From Patescibacteria group bacterium (lineage in GTDB: Bacteria; Patescibacteriota; Patescibacteriia; UBA1558; UBA10009): a stretch of 64,000 nt of DNA. This document shows positions 1-10,279 of the stretch, piece after piece. The translations under genes were made by a program, and so were the position numbers. The notes under the pieces are model-generated. The model ran no database searches and was not told the origin of the DNA. It was given only the letters and a program-made list of their open reading frames with translations. Positions within the stretch are counted from its first letter, which is position 1. Every line of letters starts with the position of its first letter. Location of the stretch: the NCBI GenBank assembly GCA_041662565.1, contig JBAZSE010000002.1:27244-91243 (forward strand), given 5' to 3'.

Positions 1-550
1 CTTTTAAAACCGAATGCCCCAATGAAGCAATTTGATTGCCGGCATCATTAATCAGATATTCTTTTACCACACTATGGCCGCAAAGCTTTAGTACGTTACC
101 CAAAACATCGCCATAAAAACCGCCTCGGCCATTGCCAACGGTTAAAGGCCCGGTAGGATTAGCGCTGATAAATTCCAGCTGGATCTTTTGGGATTTTCGC
201 GATACAACTTGGCCAAACTTTTCTTTTTGGCTTAAAACTTCTTTGGCTCTGTTATTTAAAAATTCTTCAGACAAGTAAAAATTAATAAAACCTGGAGCCA
301 CAACTTCAATTTTAGAAAATATTTTAGCGATTTTGGTGTCTTTTTTTAAGCTATCAGCCAACTTGCCGGCCAATTCCAAAGGCGGTAGCTTAAGCAATTT
401 ACCCGCTTTTAAGGCCACACTAACCGTATAATCGCCAAATTTTTCGGTTGTTGGATATTCAACGATAAAAGCTAAATCCGCCAAACCAGAATCCAGTTTA
501 ACCAAATGCTTCTGAACAAGCTGTTTTATTTGATTTTTTATTAAATTCAT
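1..550 (-). CDS. argS: arginyl-tRNA synthetase, N-terminal ~183 aa (continues beyond window start)
   Basis: Minus-strand translation from ATG at 548-550 reads MNLIKNQIKQ...LEFISANPTGPLTVGNGRGGFYGDVLGN. This is an ArgS N-terminal add-on domain followed by the class I core (ANPTGPL..G.GR). Not in the ORF table because it is truncated by the window edge. Confidence 0.75.
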   Translation of the reverse strand, partial: MNLIKNQIKQLVQKHLVKLDSGLADLAFIVEYPTTEKFGDYTVSVALKAGKLLKLPPLELAGKLADSLKKDTKIAKIFSKIEVVAPGFINFYLSEEFLNNRAKEVLSQKEKFGQVVSRKSQKIQLEFISANPTGPLTVGNGRGGFYGDVLGNVLKLCGHSVVKEYLINDAGNQIASLGHSVLK

Positions 551-681
551 AAAAGTTGTAAAGCTAGTTTATTATAATGAAATCCTCTTTATTAAACAAA
601 TGCCGACTATGAACAGCTTTTCCCCCATAAAGCATTAGCCCGCCCATTGGCTCGCAAATCTTTATGCTTTACCATCAATAC

Positions 682-709
682 TTGCCTCATAGCGGATAAT
701 TGCTATAAT
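682..709 (+). promoter_or_regulatory. sigma70-like promoter for smpB (TTGCCT-16-TATAAT)
   Basis: ttgcct at 682-687, 16-nt spacer, tataat at 704-709, about 70 nt upstream of smpB ATG. Confidence 0.4.
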
Positions 710-780
710 GAGCGCATGATACTAGTTTGGCTATATTATATATGTAGCTGACTTTTACCTTAAAGACAGTTGGATACTTT

Positions 781-1242
781 ATGAAAATTTTAGCCGACAA
801 CAAACGAGCCAACTTTGAGTACACTATCTTGCAAAAATGGCAGGCCGGTTTAAAATTGACCGGACCGGAAGTTAAAACCGCCAAGCTGGGGCAAATTGAT
901 TTAAAGGGCGCCTACGTTACTTTAGAAAGCATGCCCGGCAAATTAATGCCCGAGGCCTGGTTAGTGGGAGCCCATATTGCCAAATACGCGCCCGCCGGCT
1001 ACTCCCAAAACCATTATAATCCTTTAAGAAAACGCAAACTCCTGCTTAATAAGAAGGAAATTGCCGAACTTATAGGCAAAACCAAGCAGAAAGGGTTGAC
1101 AGTTTTGCCTCTTTTAGTGTATACTTCTCAAAGATTGGTCAAGTTGGAAATCGGCTTGGGCCAAGGAAAAAAGAAATTTGACAAACGAGAAACAATTAAA
1201 AAAAGAGAGTTTGAACGAAGCAAGCAACGATTGATGAAGTAG
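781..1242 (+). CDS. smpB: SsrA-binding protein SmpB
   Basis: 153 aa; KRANFEYTILQKWQAGLKLTGPEVK...NPLRKRKLLL matches the SmpB family. A tmRNA candidate lies immediately downstream. Confidence 0.9.
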   Translation: MKILADNKRANFEYTILQKWQAGLKLTGPEVKTAKLGQIDLKGAYVTLESMPGKLMPEAWLVGAHIAKYAPAGYSQNHYNPLRKRKLLLNKKEIAELIGKTKQKGLTVLPLLVYTSQRLVKLEIGLGQGKKKFDKRETIKKREFERSKQRLMK

Positions 1243-1383
1243 AAAACCACGAGTTCCGACTTTACGTCGGGACGAGCCTAAAAATTAGCAATAGCTAATT
1301 TTTAAGAGGAAGACATTGATTGAAGCCAAAGTCACTTCGCGAAGAGCGGAGGGACGGAGGCTGAAAGCAATGTCTGACGACGA

Positions 1384-1772
1384 GGGGATGTTTAAATTTG
1401 CTGGCTCGCTTTTTAATTGAGATGGCTAGAAGAAGTCGGTAGAACTTCTATAAAAAGCTGCCACCTTGGATAAATGCCAAGAACTTTATGGCTAAATTGA
1501 GAATGGCTTTTAGCCCTCTCTCTTTGGTCTCTGCCGCAGCTTAATACCTGCAGCCATCCGTACCGGCAACGCCTGCGAGCCGGATATCGGGTGTTATATT
1601 ATCAGGACCGCCCATAATAATCGCTTTCGGATTATGGGTTAAATTAGAAAGCATGGTTAAATTGCCGTTTGCCCTTTTAAAACAATTTAACCGAGAATAA
1701 AAAAGGGATATTCTAGTAGGCATTTTAATTTGAAGCAGTTACACGCGGGTGCAATACCCGCCATCTCCACCA
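1384..1772 (+). ncRNA. ssrA: tmRNA (ssrA), predicted
   Basis: 5' GGGGATG (1384-1390) pairs with 3' CATCTCC-A-CCA (1763-1772). T-arm GCGGG-TGCAATA-CCCGC at 1746-1762. Internal tag-like ORF ends ...LVSAAA-stop (gcc gca gct taa, 1533-1544), followed by TACCTGC as in the E. coli tmRNA tag end. Adjacent to smpB; about 389 nt. The 5' D-analog region is non-canonical. Confidence 0.55.
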
Positions 1773-1842
1773 GCCCTCACTCGCCAAAGGCGATCTACGG
1801 CTGGCTTTGTTATGTAGGTTATTTATAAAAGTCAAAAAAACA

Positions 1843-2403
1843 ATGCTTAGAACCAAAGGCAGAAGAAAAAAATATACCCCCAGCAAGGATGTTTATCGCA
1901 TTAACTTGCGCATCCGCGTGCCGGAGGTTAGAGTAATTGATGAAACCGGCCAGCAAATCGGGGTCATGAAAACCAGTCAGGCGCTTGTTTTGGCCGAAGA
2001 AAAAGGTTTGGATTTGGTGGAAGTTTTTCCTAAAAGCGTTCCTCCTGTTTGCAAACTTTTGGATTATGGCCAATACCAGTATCAATTGGCCCGAAAAGTT
2101 CAAGACCAAAAAGCCAAGGTTAAAAAAGTGGAAACCAAAGGCATTAGAATTTCTTACAAAATCGGCCAACATGATTTGGATTTTAGAAAAGACCAGGCGT
2201 TAAAATTTTTAAGCAAAGGCGATAAAGTTAAAATTGAAATGATTTTAAAAGGCCGAGAGAAAAAATTCAATGCCGATGCCTTTGAAAAAATGAATGACTT
2301 TATCAAATTACTTGCCCAAGATGCCAAGTTTACGGTAGAACAGCCCTTAAAGCGGCAAGGTGGGCAAATTTTTACTTTAATTACCCCCACCCCTGCCCAA
2401 TAA
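1843..2403 (+). CDS. infC: translation initiation factor IF-3
   Basis: YRINLRIRVPEVRVIDETGQQIGVMKTSQALVLAEEKGLDLVEV is the IF3 N- and C-domain pattern. Start set at ATG 1843; the longer table ORF (1807) would overlap the tmRNA 3' end. IF3 often uses atypical starts. Confidence 0.8.
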   Translation: MLRTKGRRKKYTPSKDVYRINLRIRVPEVRVIDETGQQIGVMKTSQALVLAEEKGLDLVEVFPKSVPPVCKLLDYGQYQYQLARKVQDQKAKVKKVETKGIRISYKIGQHDLDFRKDQALKFLSKGDKVKIEMILKGREKKFNADAFEKMNDFIKLLAQDAKFTVEQPLKRQGGQIFTLITPTPAQ

Positions 2404-2446
2404 TTATTTAAAATGAATTTAATATTTAAAATTTGGAATTAAAACT

Positions 2447-2644
2447 ATGCCCAAACTAAAAACCAATAAAACCATCAGCAAACGCGTCCGCCTTACCAAG
2501 GGCAACAAGCTTAGGGTAAGCACAGCCGGCCAAAACCATTTTAACGCCCGCGAACGCGGCAACACCACCCGGAACAAAAGAAGCGACCATAATTTAACCG
2601 GCGCCAACAAACTAAACATTAAAAAATTAATCCCCTATTCTTAA
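2447..2644 (+). CDS. rpmI: 50S ribosomal protein L35
   Basis: 65 aa, MPKLKTNKTISKRVRLTKGNKL...; basic, L35-like; infC-rpmI-rplT order. Confidence 0.85.
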   Translation: MPKLKTNKTISKRVRLTKGNKLRVSTAGQNHFNARERGNTTRNKRSDHNLTGANKLNIKKLIPYS

Positions 2645-2678
2645 TTAATTTGGAATTTGGAATTCATAACTAAATCAT

Positions 2679-3023
2679 ATGCCAAGAGTAAAACGAGGAA
2701 AAGTCAGAGCCAAAAAAAGAAAAGTTCTACTGGCTAAAGCCAAGGGCTTTAAGTGGGGTCGCAAAAAGAAAGTTAAGCTGGCCAAACCGGCCGTTAAAAA
2801 AGCCGGCGTTTACGCGTACCGCGATCGCAGGAACAAAAAAAGATCAGCTCGCGGATTATGGCAAGTTAAAATCAGTGCTCCTCTTAAAGAACAAGGTTTA
2901 AGCTATAGCAAGTTCATTGGCGAACTAAAAAAGAAAAACATCATTTTAGATCGCAAAATTTTAGCCGATTTAGCCGAAAAAAATCCATTGATATTCAACG
3001 AAATCATGAAACTGGTAAAATAG
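2679..3023 (+). CDS. rplT: 50S ribosomal protein L20
   Basis: 114 aa, MPRVKRGKVRAKKRKVLLAKAKGFKWGRKK...YAYRDRRNKKR, an L20 signature. Confidence 0.9.
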   Translation: MPRVKRGKVRAKKRKVLLAKAKGFKWGRKKKVKLAKPAVKKAGVYAYRDRRNKKRSARGLWQVKISAPLKEQGLSYSKFIGELKKKNIILDRKILADLAEKNPLIFNEIMKLVK

Positions 3024-3040
3024 ATTGATAAAGAGTTGCA

Positions 3041-3117
3041 TTTGCAGGCCTTGAGCGAAGTCGAAAGGCCGAAAAAAATCCGGCGATTTTCAGCGAAATC
3101 ATGAAACTGGTAAAATA
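3041..3117 (+). repeat. hairpin mini-element GGCCTTGAGCGAAGTCGAAAGGCC plus ~47-nt duplicate of the rplT 3' end
   Basis: 3071-3117 (gaaaaaaatccggcgattttcagcgaaatcatgaaactggtaaaataa) nearly repeats 2976-3023 (rplT last codons plus stop). The 24-nt hairpin at 3047-3070 sits between the two copies. A second copy of the hairpin core (ggcctcgagcgaagtcgagag) is at 34710-34730. Confidence 0.6.
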
Positions 3118-3147
3118 ATTCAAACTTAAAAAAGGCGTTTATCTGTT

Positions 3148-3224
3148 GGGATGGTAGCTCAGTTGGTTAGAGCGCCTCCCTGTCACGGAGGAGGTCGCGG
3201 GTTCGAGTCCCGTCCGTCCCGCCA
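3148..3224 (+). tRNA. tRNA-Asp (GTC)
   Basis: Cloverleaf: acceptor GGGATGG/CCGTCCC, D-arm GCTCAGTTGGTTAGAGC, anticodon loop CTGTCAC, T-arm GCGGGTTCGAGTCCCGT, encoded CCA. Flanked by a 12-bp inverted repeat (3134-3145 / 3223-3234). Confidence 0.9.
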
Positions 3225-4054
3225 GATAAGCGCCTTTTTTTGTTGGCAAATTTTAAGTACCAAATTGTTGTTATCAAAAATACCGCCAAACAAAACCATT
3301 GCACCCAGGTTAAATTACCCAGCCCTTTAACCGAATCCAGCCGTAAAAATTCGGTAAAAAACCTGATAAGGGCATAACCGCCCAAATAAAATAAGGCAAT
3401 GCTGCCGGCCAAGATATTTTTATTTTTCAAAAATAACCAGATATAAGCAAAAAGCAAAAAACAAAGAATGGATTCGTATAAAAATACCGGATGAAAATAA
3501 ACAAAATTTATAAACTGCTCCGGACGATTAACCACCGCAATAGGTATGCACCAGTTAAAATTGCAAGGCAAACCGAATAATTCCTGATTAAAATAATTAC
3601 CCCATCGGCCAATTGCCTGCCCTAAAGGCAAAACCATTGCTAAAATATCGGCCAAATTCCAAAATAACAACCGATGTTTGCGGCAATAAACAAATAAAAC
3701 AATCAAACCGGCCACAATTGCGCCATAAATTGCCAAGCCCCCTTGCCAAATTTTAAAGATAGCCCAAGGATTAGCAAAAAAATAAGCAAAATTATAAAAC
3801 AAAACATGCCACAGCCGAGCGCCCAACAAGCCAAAAATCACCAAATAAAAAACCAAATTAATAAATTGATCCTGATTTAACTTTGCCTTGATAGCCATTT
3901 TTAGCCCCAGCCAAAAACACAAAAAAACGGCTGCCGCAATCAGCAAACCGTACCAATGAATTTGGATTATTCCTAAATCCCACAAAACTGGGGAGGGTAA
4001 AAAAGAATGCAAAAAATTAAACATTGATCCCTTTATTAAAGTTAGTGTCGGCAA
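3167..4054 (-). CDS. lgt: prolipoprotein diacylglyceryl transferase
   Basis: 295 aa multi-TM protein with the Lgt signature GRWGNYFNQELFG. The last ~19 codons lie antisense within tRNA-Asp. Confidence 0.8.
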   Translation of the reverse strand: MPTLTLIKGSMFNFLHSFLPSPVLWDLGIIQIHWYGLLIAAAVFLCFWLGLKMAIKAKLNQDQFINLVFYLVIFGLLGARLWHVLFYNFAYFFANPWAIFKIWQGGLAIYGAIVAGLIVLFVYCRKHRLLFWNLADILAMVLPLGQAIGRWGNYFNQELFGLPCNFNWCIPIAVVNRPEQFINFVYFHPVFLYESILCFLLFAYIWLFLKNKNILAGSIALFYLGGYALIRFFTEFLRLDSVKGLGNLTWVQWFCLAVFLITTIWYLKFANKKRRLSGGTDGTRTRDLLRDREAL

Positions 4055-4061
4055 AAAGAAT

Positions 4062-4706
4062 CTATTTTGTTGAATCGCTTTGTTTTAACGGCACCAACGG
4101 CTCAATTAAGGCCTGAACCATTTCGGGCAAAGTTCCCCAATCAGCCACCTTTTGACCGTTTAAAATAAAGGTCGGGGTGGAATTATAGCCCTCTTTTTTG
4201 GCCGTAGCTATATCCGTTTGCACTCTGGCCTCTTTAACTCCGGAAGCCAAGCAATCTTGCCACAAGGCAACATCCAAGCCCTCTACCTTGCCCGCGTAGG
4301 CAAGTAAATCCGCTTTGGTTAATGCTTGTTGATTAACAAACAATAAATCATGGTATTCCCAAAATTTTCCCTGATCAGAAGCGCATTCCGAGGCCACTGC
4401 CGCCTTAAAAGCGTAAGGATGAATGCTGGAAAGAGGAAAATGCCGGTATTGAAACTTTATTTTATCGGCATAATGATTCATTAAAACCTTAACCGTAGTA
4501 TAAGCCAAACCGCAAGCCGGACATTGAAAATCCGAAAATTCCGTTAAAACCACACTGGCTTCGGGATTGCCAAAAATATGGGGATCGGTATTTAACTCGG
4601 CATATTCAACTTTTGGGCCGCTAAAAAAAACAAAATAAACAATTAAAATTACCGCTACTGTTGCTAAAATCCACCAATATTTTTTAAGTAAATTCATATG
4701 GTCCAA
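4062..4706 (-). CDS. DsbA-like thiol:disulfide oxidoreductase (thioredoxin fold, CPAC)
   Basis: N-terminal TM anchor, CPAC active-site motif, DsbA-like length. Confidence 0.7.
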   Translation of the reverse strand: MDHMNLLKKYWWILATVAVILIVYFVFFSGPKVEYAELNTDPHIFGNPEASVVLTEFSDFQCPACGLAYTTVKVLMNHYADKIKFQYRHFPLSSIHPYAFKAAVASECASDQGKFWEYHDLLFVNQQALTKADLLAYAGKVEGLDVALWQDCLASGVKEARVQTDIATAKKEGYNSTPTFILNGQKVADWGTLPEMVQALIEPLVPLKQSDSTK

Positions 4707-4776
4707 AATTTAGTTAAATATTAAATTTTTAAAGATGAAACTATTATATAGCAAATGCGGACAATACCGCAATCCC

Positions 4777-5508
4777 CTAATTACCCTCGGCTAAACCCTG
4801 CTCAATTAGTTCCATAAATTTTTCGCGGGGAATACTGCCGGCAATCCGGTAACCGTTGATAAAAAAGGTCGGAGTAGCCCGAACTCCCAAATCATTGCCA
4901 TCCAAAAGATCTCGGGCAACTTCCTGCTGGTATTTATGGCTGTCCAAACAATTATTAAATTTTTGAGTATCTAAACTCAATTCTTTGGCAAAACGTTTTA
5001 AATCATCACTGGCCATGATGGCTTGATTCATAAAAATTTTATCATGCATTGGCCAAAATTTATTCTGTTCTTGAGCGCAATTTCCGGCTTCGGCCGCTAA
5101 AGCGGCATTTTCGTGGCCGGCTAAAGTTGTAATCGGAAAATCACGGTAAACAAAATAAATTTTATCCTGATAACGTTCCATAATTTCTCTAACAACCGGA
5201 AATGATTGATAACAATAGGGGCAGGCAAAATCGGCAAATTCCACGATTTTAACTTTAGTCGACTTTTGGCCCCACGCGGGATCATCTTCGCTGTGCAAAT
5301 ACAGCTTATCATCGGTGACTTGATTTTTATCAATCACTTGGCCAACGGGCTTATTATTGGCCGCTTGATAATAATAAATGGCGTTAGTTAAAATTACATA
5401 ACCGCCAAAAATAATTATCACAATCCCCCACCAGCGCTTATACCAACGCTTTTTTGGTCCTGCTAAATTATTTTGAAGCCCGTTAAAATTTATGTTTTGT
5501 TCTGTCAT
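4777..5508 (-). CDS. DsbA-like thioredoxin-domain protein (CPYC)
   Basis: TM anchor, CPYC motif, FINGYRIAG C-terminal region; paralog of the upstream gene. Confidence 0.7.
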   Translation of the reverse strand: MTEQNINFNGLQNNLAGPKKRWYKRWWGIVIIIFGGYVILTNAIYYYQAANNKPVGQVIDKNQVTDDKLYLHSEDDPAWGQKSTKVKIVEFADFACPYCYQSFPVVREIMERYQDKIYFVYRDFPITTLAGHENAALAAEAGNCAQEQNKFWPMHDKIFMNQAIMASDDLKRFAKELSLDTQKFNNCLDSHKYQQEVARDLLDGNDLGVRATPTFFINGYRIAGSIPREKFMELIEQGLAEGN

Positions 5509-6959
5509 AATGGATGTTTTTTATGCCACATGGTTGCTTCTTGAAAATTATAAGCCAAGCGCAACATAGTAGCTTCGGCCCAAGGGGCTCCTAAAATTTG
5601 CATACCGATCGGCAGGTTGTTTTTATCAAAACCGGCCGGAATGGAAATGCCGCACAAACCCGCAATATTGGCGGATACGGTAAAAATATCCGATAAATAC
5701 ATAGTTAGCGGATCGGCTGATTTTTCGCCTAATTTAAAAGCAGTGGCTGGCGTAGTTGGAGTAAGAAGCAGATCAACTTGATTAAAAACCTCGGCGTATT
5801 CGCGGGAAATTAAACTTTGGACTTTTCTGGCTTGCTGGTAATAGGCCTCTTGGTAACCGGCCGACAAAACGTAAGTGCCCATAATTAAACGGCGCTTAAC
5901 TTCGGCTCCAAAACCCTCGGCCTTGGTTTTTTGATAAACTTCATTTAAACTTTTAGCTACTTTGCTTTGATAACCGTAACGAATACCGTCAAACCGCGCT
6001 AAATTGCTCGAAACTTCGGCCGGCATAATAATATAATAAACAGCCAAAGCGTAAGAAGTATGTGGCAAACTAACTTCCACCGTTTTTGCCCCAAGTTCTT
6101 CAATTTTTTTAATGGCCTGTTTAAGCGCTAAGCTAACTTCCGCAGAAATACCAGCGGCAAAATATTCTTTGGGCAAACCGATTTTAAGGCCTTTAATGTT
6201 TTGCGAAAGAGGAGCCAGATAATTTTCTACCGGTTTATTTACAACTGTAGCATCATAATTATCAGGTCCGGCAATAACATTTAATACCAAAGCACTATCT
6301 TCAACCGAACGGGTAATGGGGCCGGCTTGATCCAGTGAAGAAGTCATGGCTATTAAGCCATAGCGGCTAACTCGGCCGTAACTGGGCTTTAAGCCCACCA
6401 CCCCGCATAAAGCAGCCGGTTGCCTAATGGAACCACCTGTATCGGTGCCAATGGAAAAAACTCCCAAATCAGCGGCCACCGCAGCGGCGCTGCCACCTGA
6501 TGATCCGCCTGGCACCCTGGTTTTATCCCAAGGGTTAAGCACCGCGCCAAAAGCCGAAGATTCATTGGAAGAGCCCATGGCAAATTCATCGCAATTGTTT
6601 TTGCCTAAAATGATCGCTCCCGCTTCTTTTAACCGTTTAACCACCGTGGCATCGTAGGGAGCAACATAATCGGCTAAAATTTTGGAACTGGCCGTTGCCT
6701 TAATGCCTTTAATTAAAATTAAATCCTTAATGGAAATTGGCACGCCTTCTAAAACTTCCAATTCTTGGTTGCTGGCAATTTTTTTATCAACTTTTTTGGC
6801 ATCTGCTAAGGCCTCATCCGCCATGACGGTAATAAAAGCGTTTAAATCCTGCTGTTCGGTAATTTTTTTTAAATAATAAGAAACCAATTCCACGCAGGAA
6901 AAATCCTTATTTTTAAGGCCGGAGGCAACTTGAGAAATTGTTAAATATGAAAATGGCAT
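5505..6959 (-). CDS. gatA: Glu/Asp-tRNA amidotransferase subunit A
   Basis: 484 aa; amidase signature GGSSGGSAAAVAA; gatC immediately upstream. Confidence 0.9.
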   Translation of the reverse strand: MPFSYLTISQVASGLKNKDFSCVELVSYYLKKITEQQDLNAFITVMADEALADAKKVDKKIASNQELEVLEGVPISIKDLILIKGIKATASSKILADYVAPYDATVVKRLKEAGAIILGKNNCDEFAMGSSNESSAFGAVLNPWDKTRVPGGSSGGSAAAVAADLGVFSIGTDTGGSIRQPAALCGVVGLKPSYGRVSRYGLIAMTSSLDQAGPITRSVEDSALVLNVIAGPDNYDATVVNKPVENYLAPLSQNIKGLKIGLPKEYFAAGISAEVSLALKQAIKKIEELGAKTVEVSLPHTSYALAVYYIIMPAEVSSNLARFDGIRYGYQSKVAKSLNEVYQKTKAEGFGAEVKRRLIMGTYVLSAGYQEAYYQQARKVQSLISREYAEVFNQVDLLLTPTTPATAFKLGEKSADPLTMYLSDIFTVSANIAGLCGISIPAGFDKNNLPIGMQILGAPWAEATMLRLAYNFQEATMWHKKHPL

Positions 6960-6962
6960 GCT

Positions 6963-7247
6963 TTAAAAAACCGGCTTGGTTTTAATTAAATTATCCTTAG
7001 TTTCCGGAGCTTGTTGAATTAATGACTCTTGTTCTAAAATCGAAATACCAATTACCCGATCGGCTCTTAATACATTTTGGGTTGCTGGAGTTAATTCGGC
7101 TGATTCAACCTTGATTTCTTTCAAATTATCAACATAACCCAAAATAGAAGAAATTTCCGTTGCGAATTTTTCCTTTTCTTGGGCAGTTAATTCAATTTTA
7201 GCTAAAGTTGCTAATTTTTCTACTTCTTGAATATTTAACATAATCAT
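6963..7247 (-). CDS. gatC: Glu/Asp-tRNA amidotransferase subunit C
   Basis: 94 aa GatC-like (ISSILGYVDNL...), translationally coupled to gatA. Confidence 0.8.
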   Translation of the reverse strand: MIMLNIQEVEKLATLAKIELTAQEKEKFATEISSILGYVDNLKEIKVESAELTPATQNVLRADRVIGISILEQESLIQQAPETKDNLIKTKPVF

Positions 7248-7321
7248 CTATTATCTTACATTAATTCAGCTTACTTGACAATTTATAAAAATTACTCTAT
7301 AATAGCCGAACTTTGAACATT

Positions 7322-7411
7322 GGGGGTGTAACCAAAGGGACTCGCAATCCTGCGTAACAAGGCAGCGGCCTCCAGAGCCGCCATCTGAGGGTTCGAATCC
7401 CTCCATCCCCG
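7322..7411 (+). tRNA. atypical tRNA-like gene (best model tRNA-Trp, anticodon CCA, with oversized D region)
   Basis: Good acceptor stem GGGGGTG/CATCCCC, canonical T-arm GAGGG-TTCGAAT-CCCTC, anticodon arm GCGGC-CTCCAGA-GCCGC, 5-nt variable loop. Between acceptor and anticodon arm there are 36 nt (normally about 19) with no recognisable D stem. 90 nt, no encoded CCA. Confidence 0.4.
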
Positions 7412-7417
7412 CAAAAT

Positions 7418-7490
7418 TGGGAAGTAGCTCAACTGGTAGAGCGTCGGACTTCGAGTCCGGAGGTTAGGGGTTCGATTCCCTTCTTCCCAG
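7418..7490 (+). tRNA. tRNA-Arg (TCG)
   Basis: Acceptor TGGGAAG/CTTCCCA (U1-A72), D-arm GCTCAACTGGTAGAGC, anticodon loop CTTCGAG, T-arm AGGGG-TTCGATT-CCCTT. Confidence 0.85.
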
Positions 7491-7659
7491 CATAATGGGC
7501 ACGAACATGCTTTAACAAGGATTTGGTTTCTCAACTAAAACTTTAACTAAAGCTATATGCCCTAAAACTATGGCCCATTCATCAGCGGGTCCACGGCGCA
7601 ATAACTCACTTTTGTTCATCTGCGGTGAACTAAGTTGGTATTTGCGCCTCTTTTTTTAC

Positions 7660-7688
7660 TTGACAATTTCAATAAACTGTTGTAATAT
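7660..7688 (+). promoter_or_regulatory. sigma70-like promoter TTGACA-17-TAATAT for the small ORF 7746-8021
   Basis: ttgaca 7660-7665, 17-nt spacer, taatat 7683-7688; the -35 is partly built from an 8-nt insertion in direct repeat DR1. Confidence 0.45.
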
Positions 7689-7745
7689 ATCTTGTTAAGT
7701 ACCGTCCGTAATCAACAATATCCACCCAAAATTTTAAGGGGCAAA

Positions 7746-8021
7746 ATGAAAGAAATCATTGTTCTTACACAAGAACCGGACATAGCAGAAGAGCAATTCT
7801 GTTATCTCGGCGAAGTATCCAGCTACGGTGAAGACCGGGCACTCGACTCAACCGATATCCTGCTCGCTGACCAACGCGCCAAGAAACAAGCAATGGAATT
7901 CCTTGAATTAGAAGTGCTAAAAGCGGGCGGAACTCATGTTTACATTGCCAAAGAAAATCATCATGGAACAGTAGCTCCCATCGTGACACTCGAAGGCAAG
8001 ATGTATAAAGTCAATACTTAA
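7746..8021 (+). CDS. hypothetical small protein (91 aa), GC-rich cassette
   Basis: ATG at 7746 preceded by aagggg SD. Local GC about 47% vs about 40% genome. Followed by a long hairpin terminator. No recognisable domain. Confidence 0.55.
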   Translation: MKEIIVLTQEPDIAEEQFCYLGEVSSYGEDRALDSTDILLADQRAKKQAMEFLELEVLKAGGTHVYIAKENHHGTVAPIVTLEGKMYKVNT

Positions 8022-8029
8022 TACTCTTA

Positions 8030-8118
8030 GGCGCAAGCATTAACTCTCCTTGGTCTTTCCGAACAATCTTCGGAACAACCCTGAGGCAGAAAGAGGTTGA
8101 TCGCTTGCGCCTCTTTTT

Positions 8119-8121
<3 letters not shown>
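8030..8121 (+). terminator. rho-independent terminator (10-bp stem GGCGCAAGC...GCTTGCGCC plus T8)
   Basis: Stem 8031-8039 / 8104-8113 followed by tttttttt. Its tail is the direct repeat DR2 (8105-8131) matching DR1 at 7642-7676. Confidence 0.6.

Positions 8122-10279
<2,158 letters not shown>

Noticed and set aside
1807-1842. N-terminal extension of infC from ATG 1807
   Set aside because: Would begin within 35 nt of the predicted tmRNA 3' end; IF3 homology starts after ATG 1843.
7322-7411. tRNA-Sec interpretation of the 90-nt tRNA-like gene
   Set aside because: No UCA anticodon anywhere in the sequence and the T/acceptor arrangement is 7/5, not 8/5 or 9/4.
7292-7534. 80-aa minus-strand ORF
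   Set aside because: Reads through two tRNA genes on the opposite strand.
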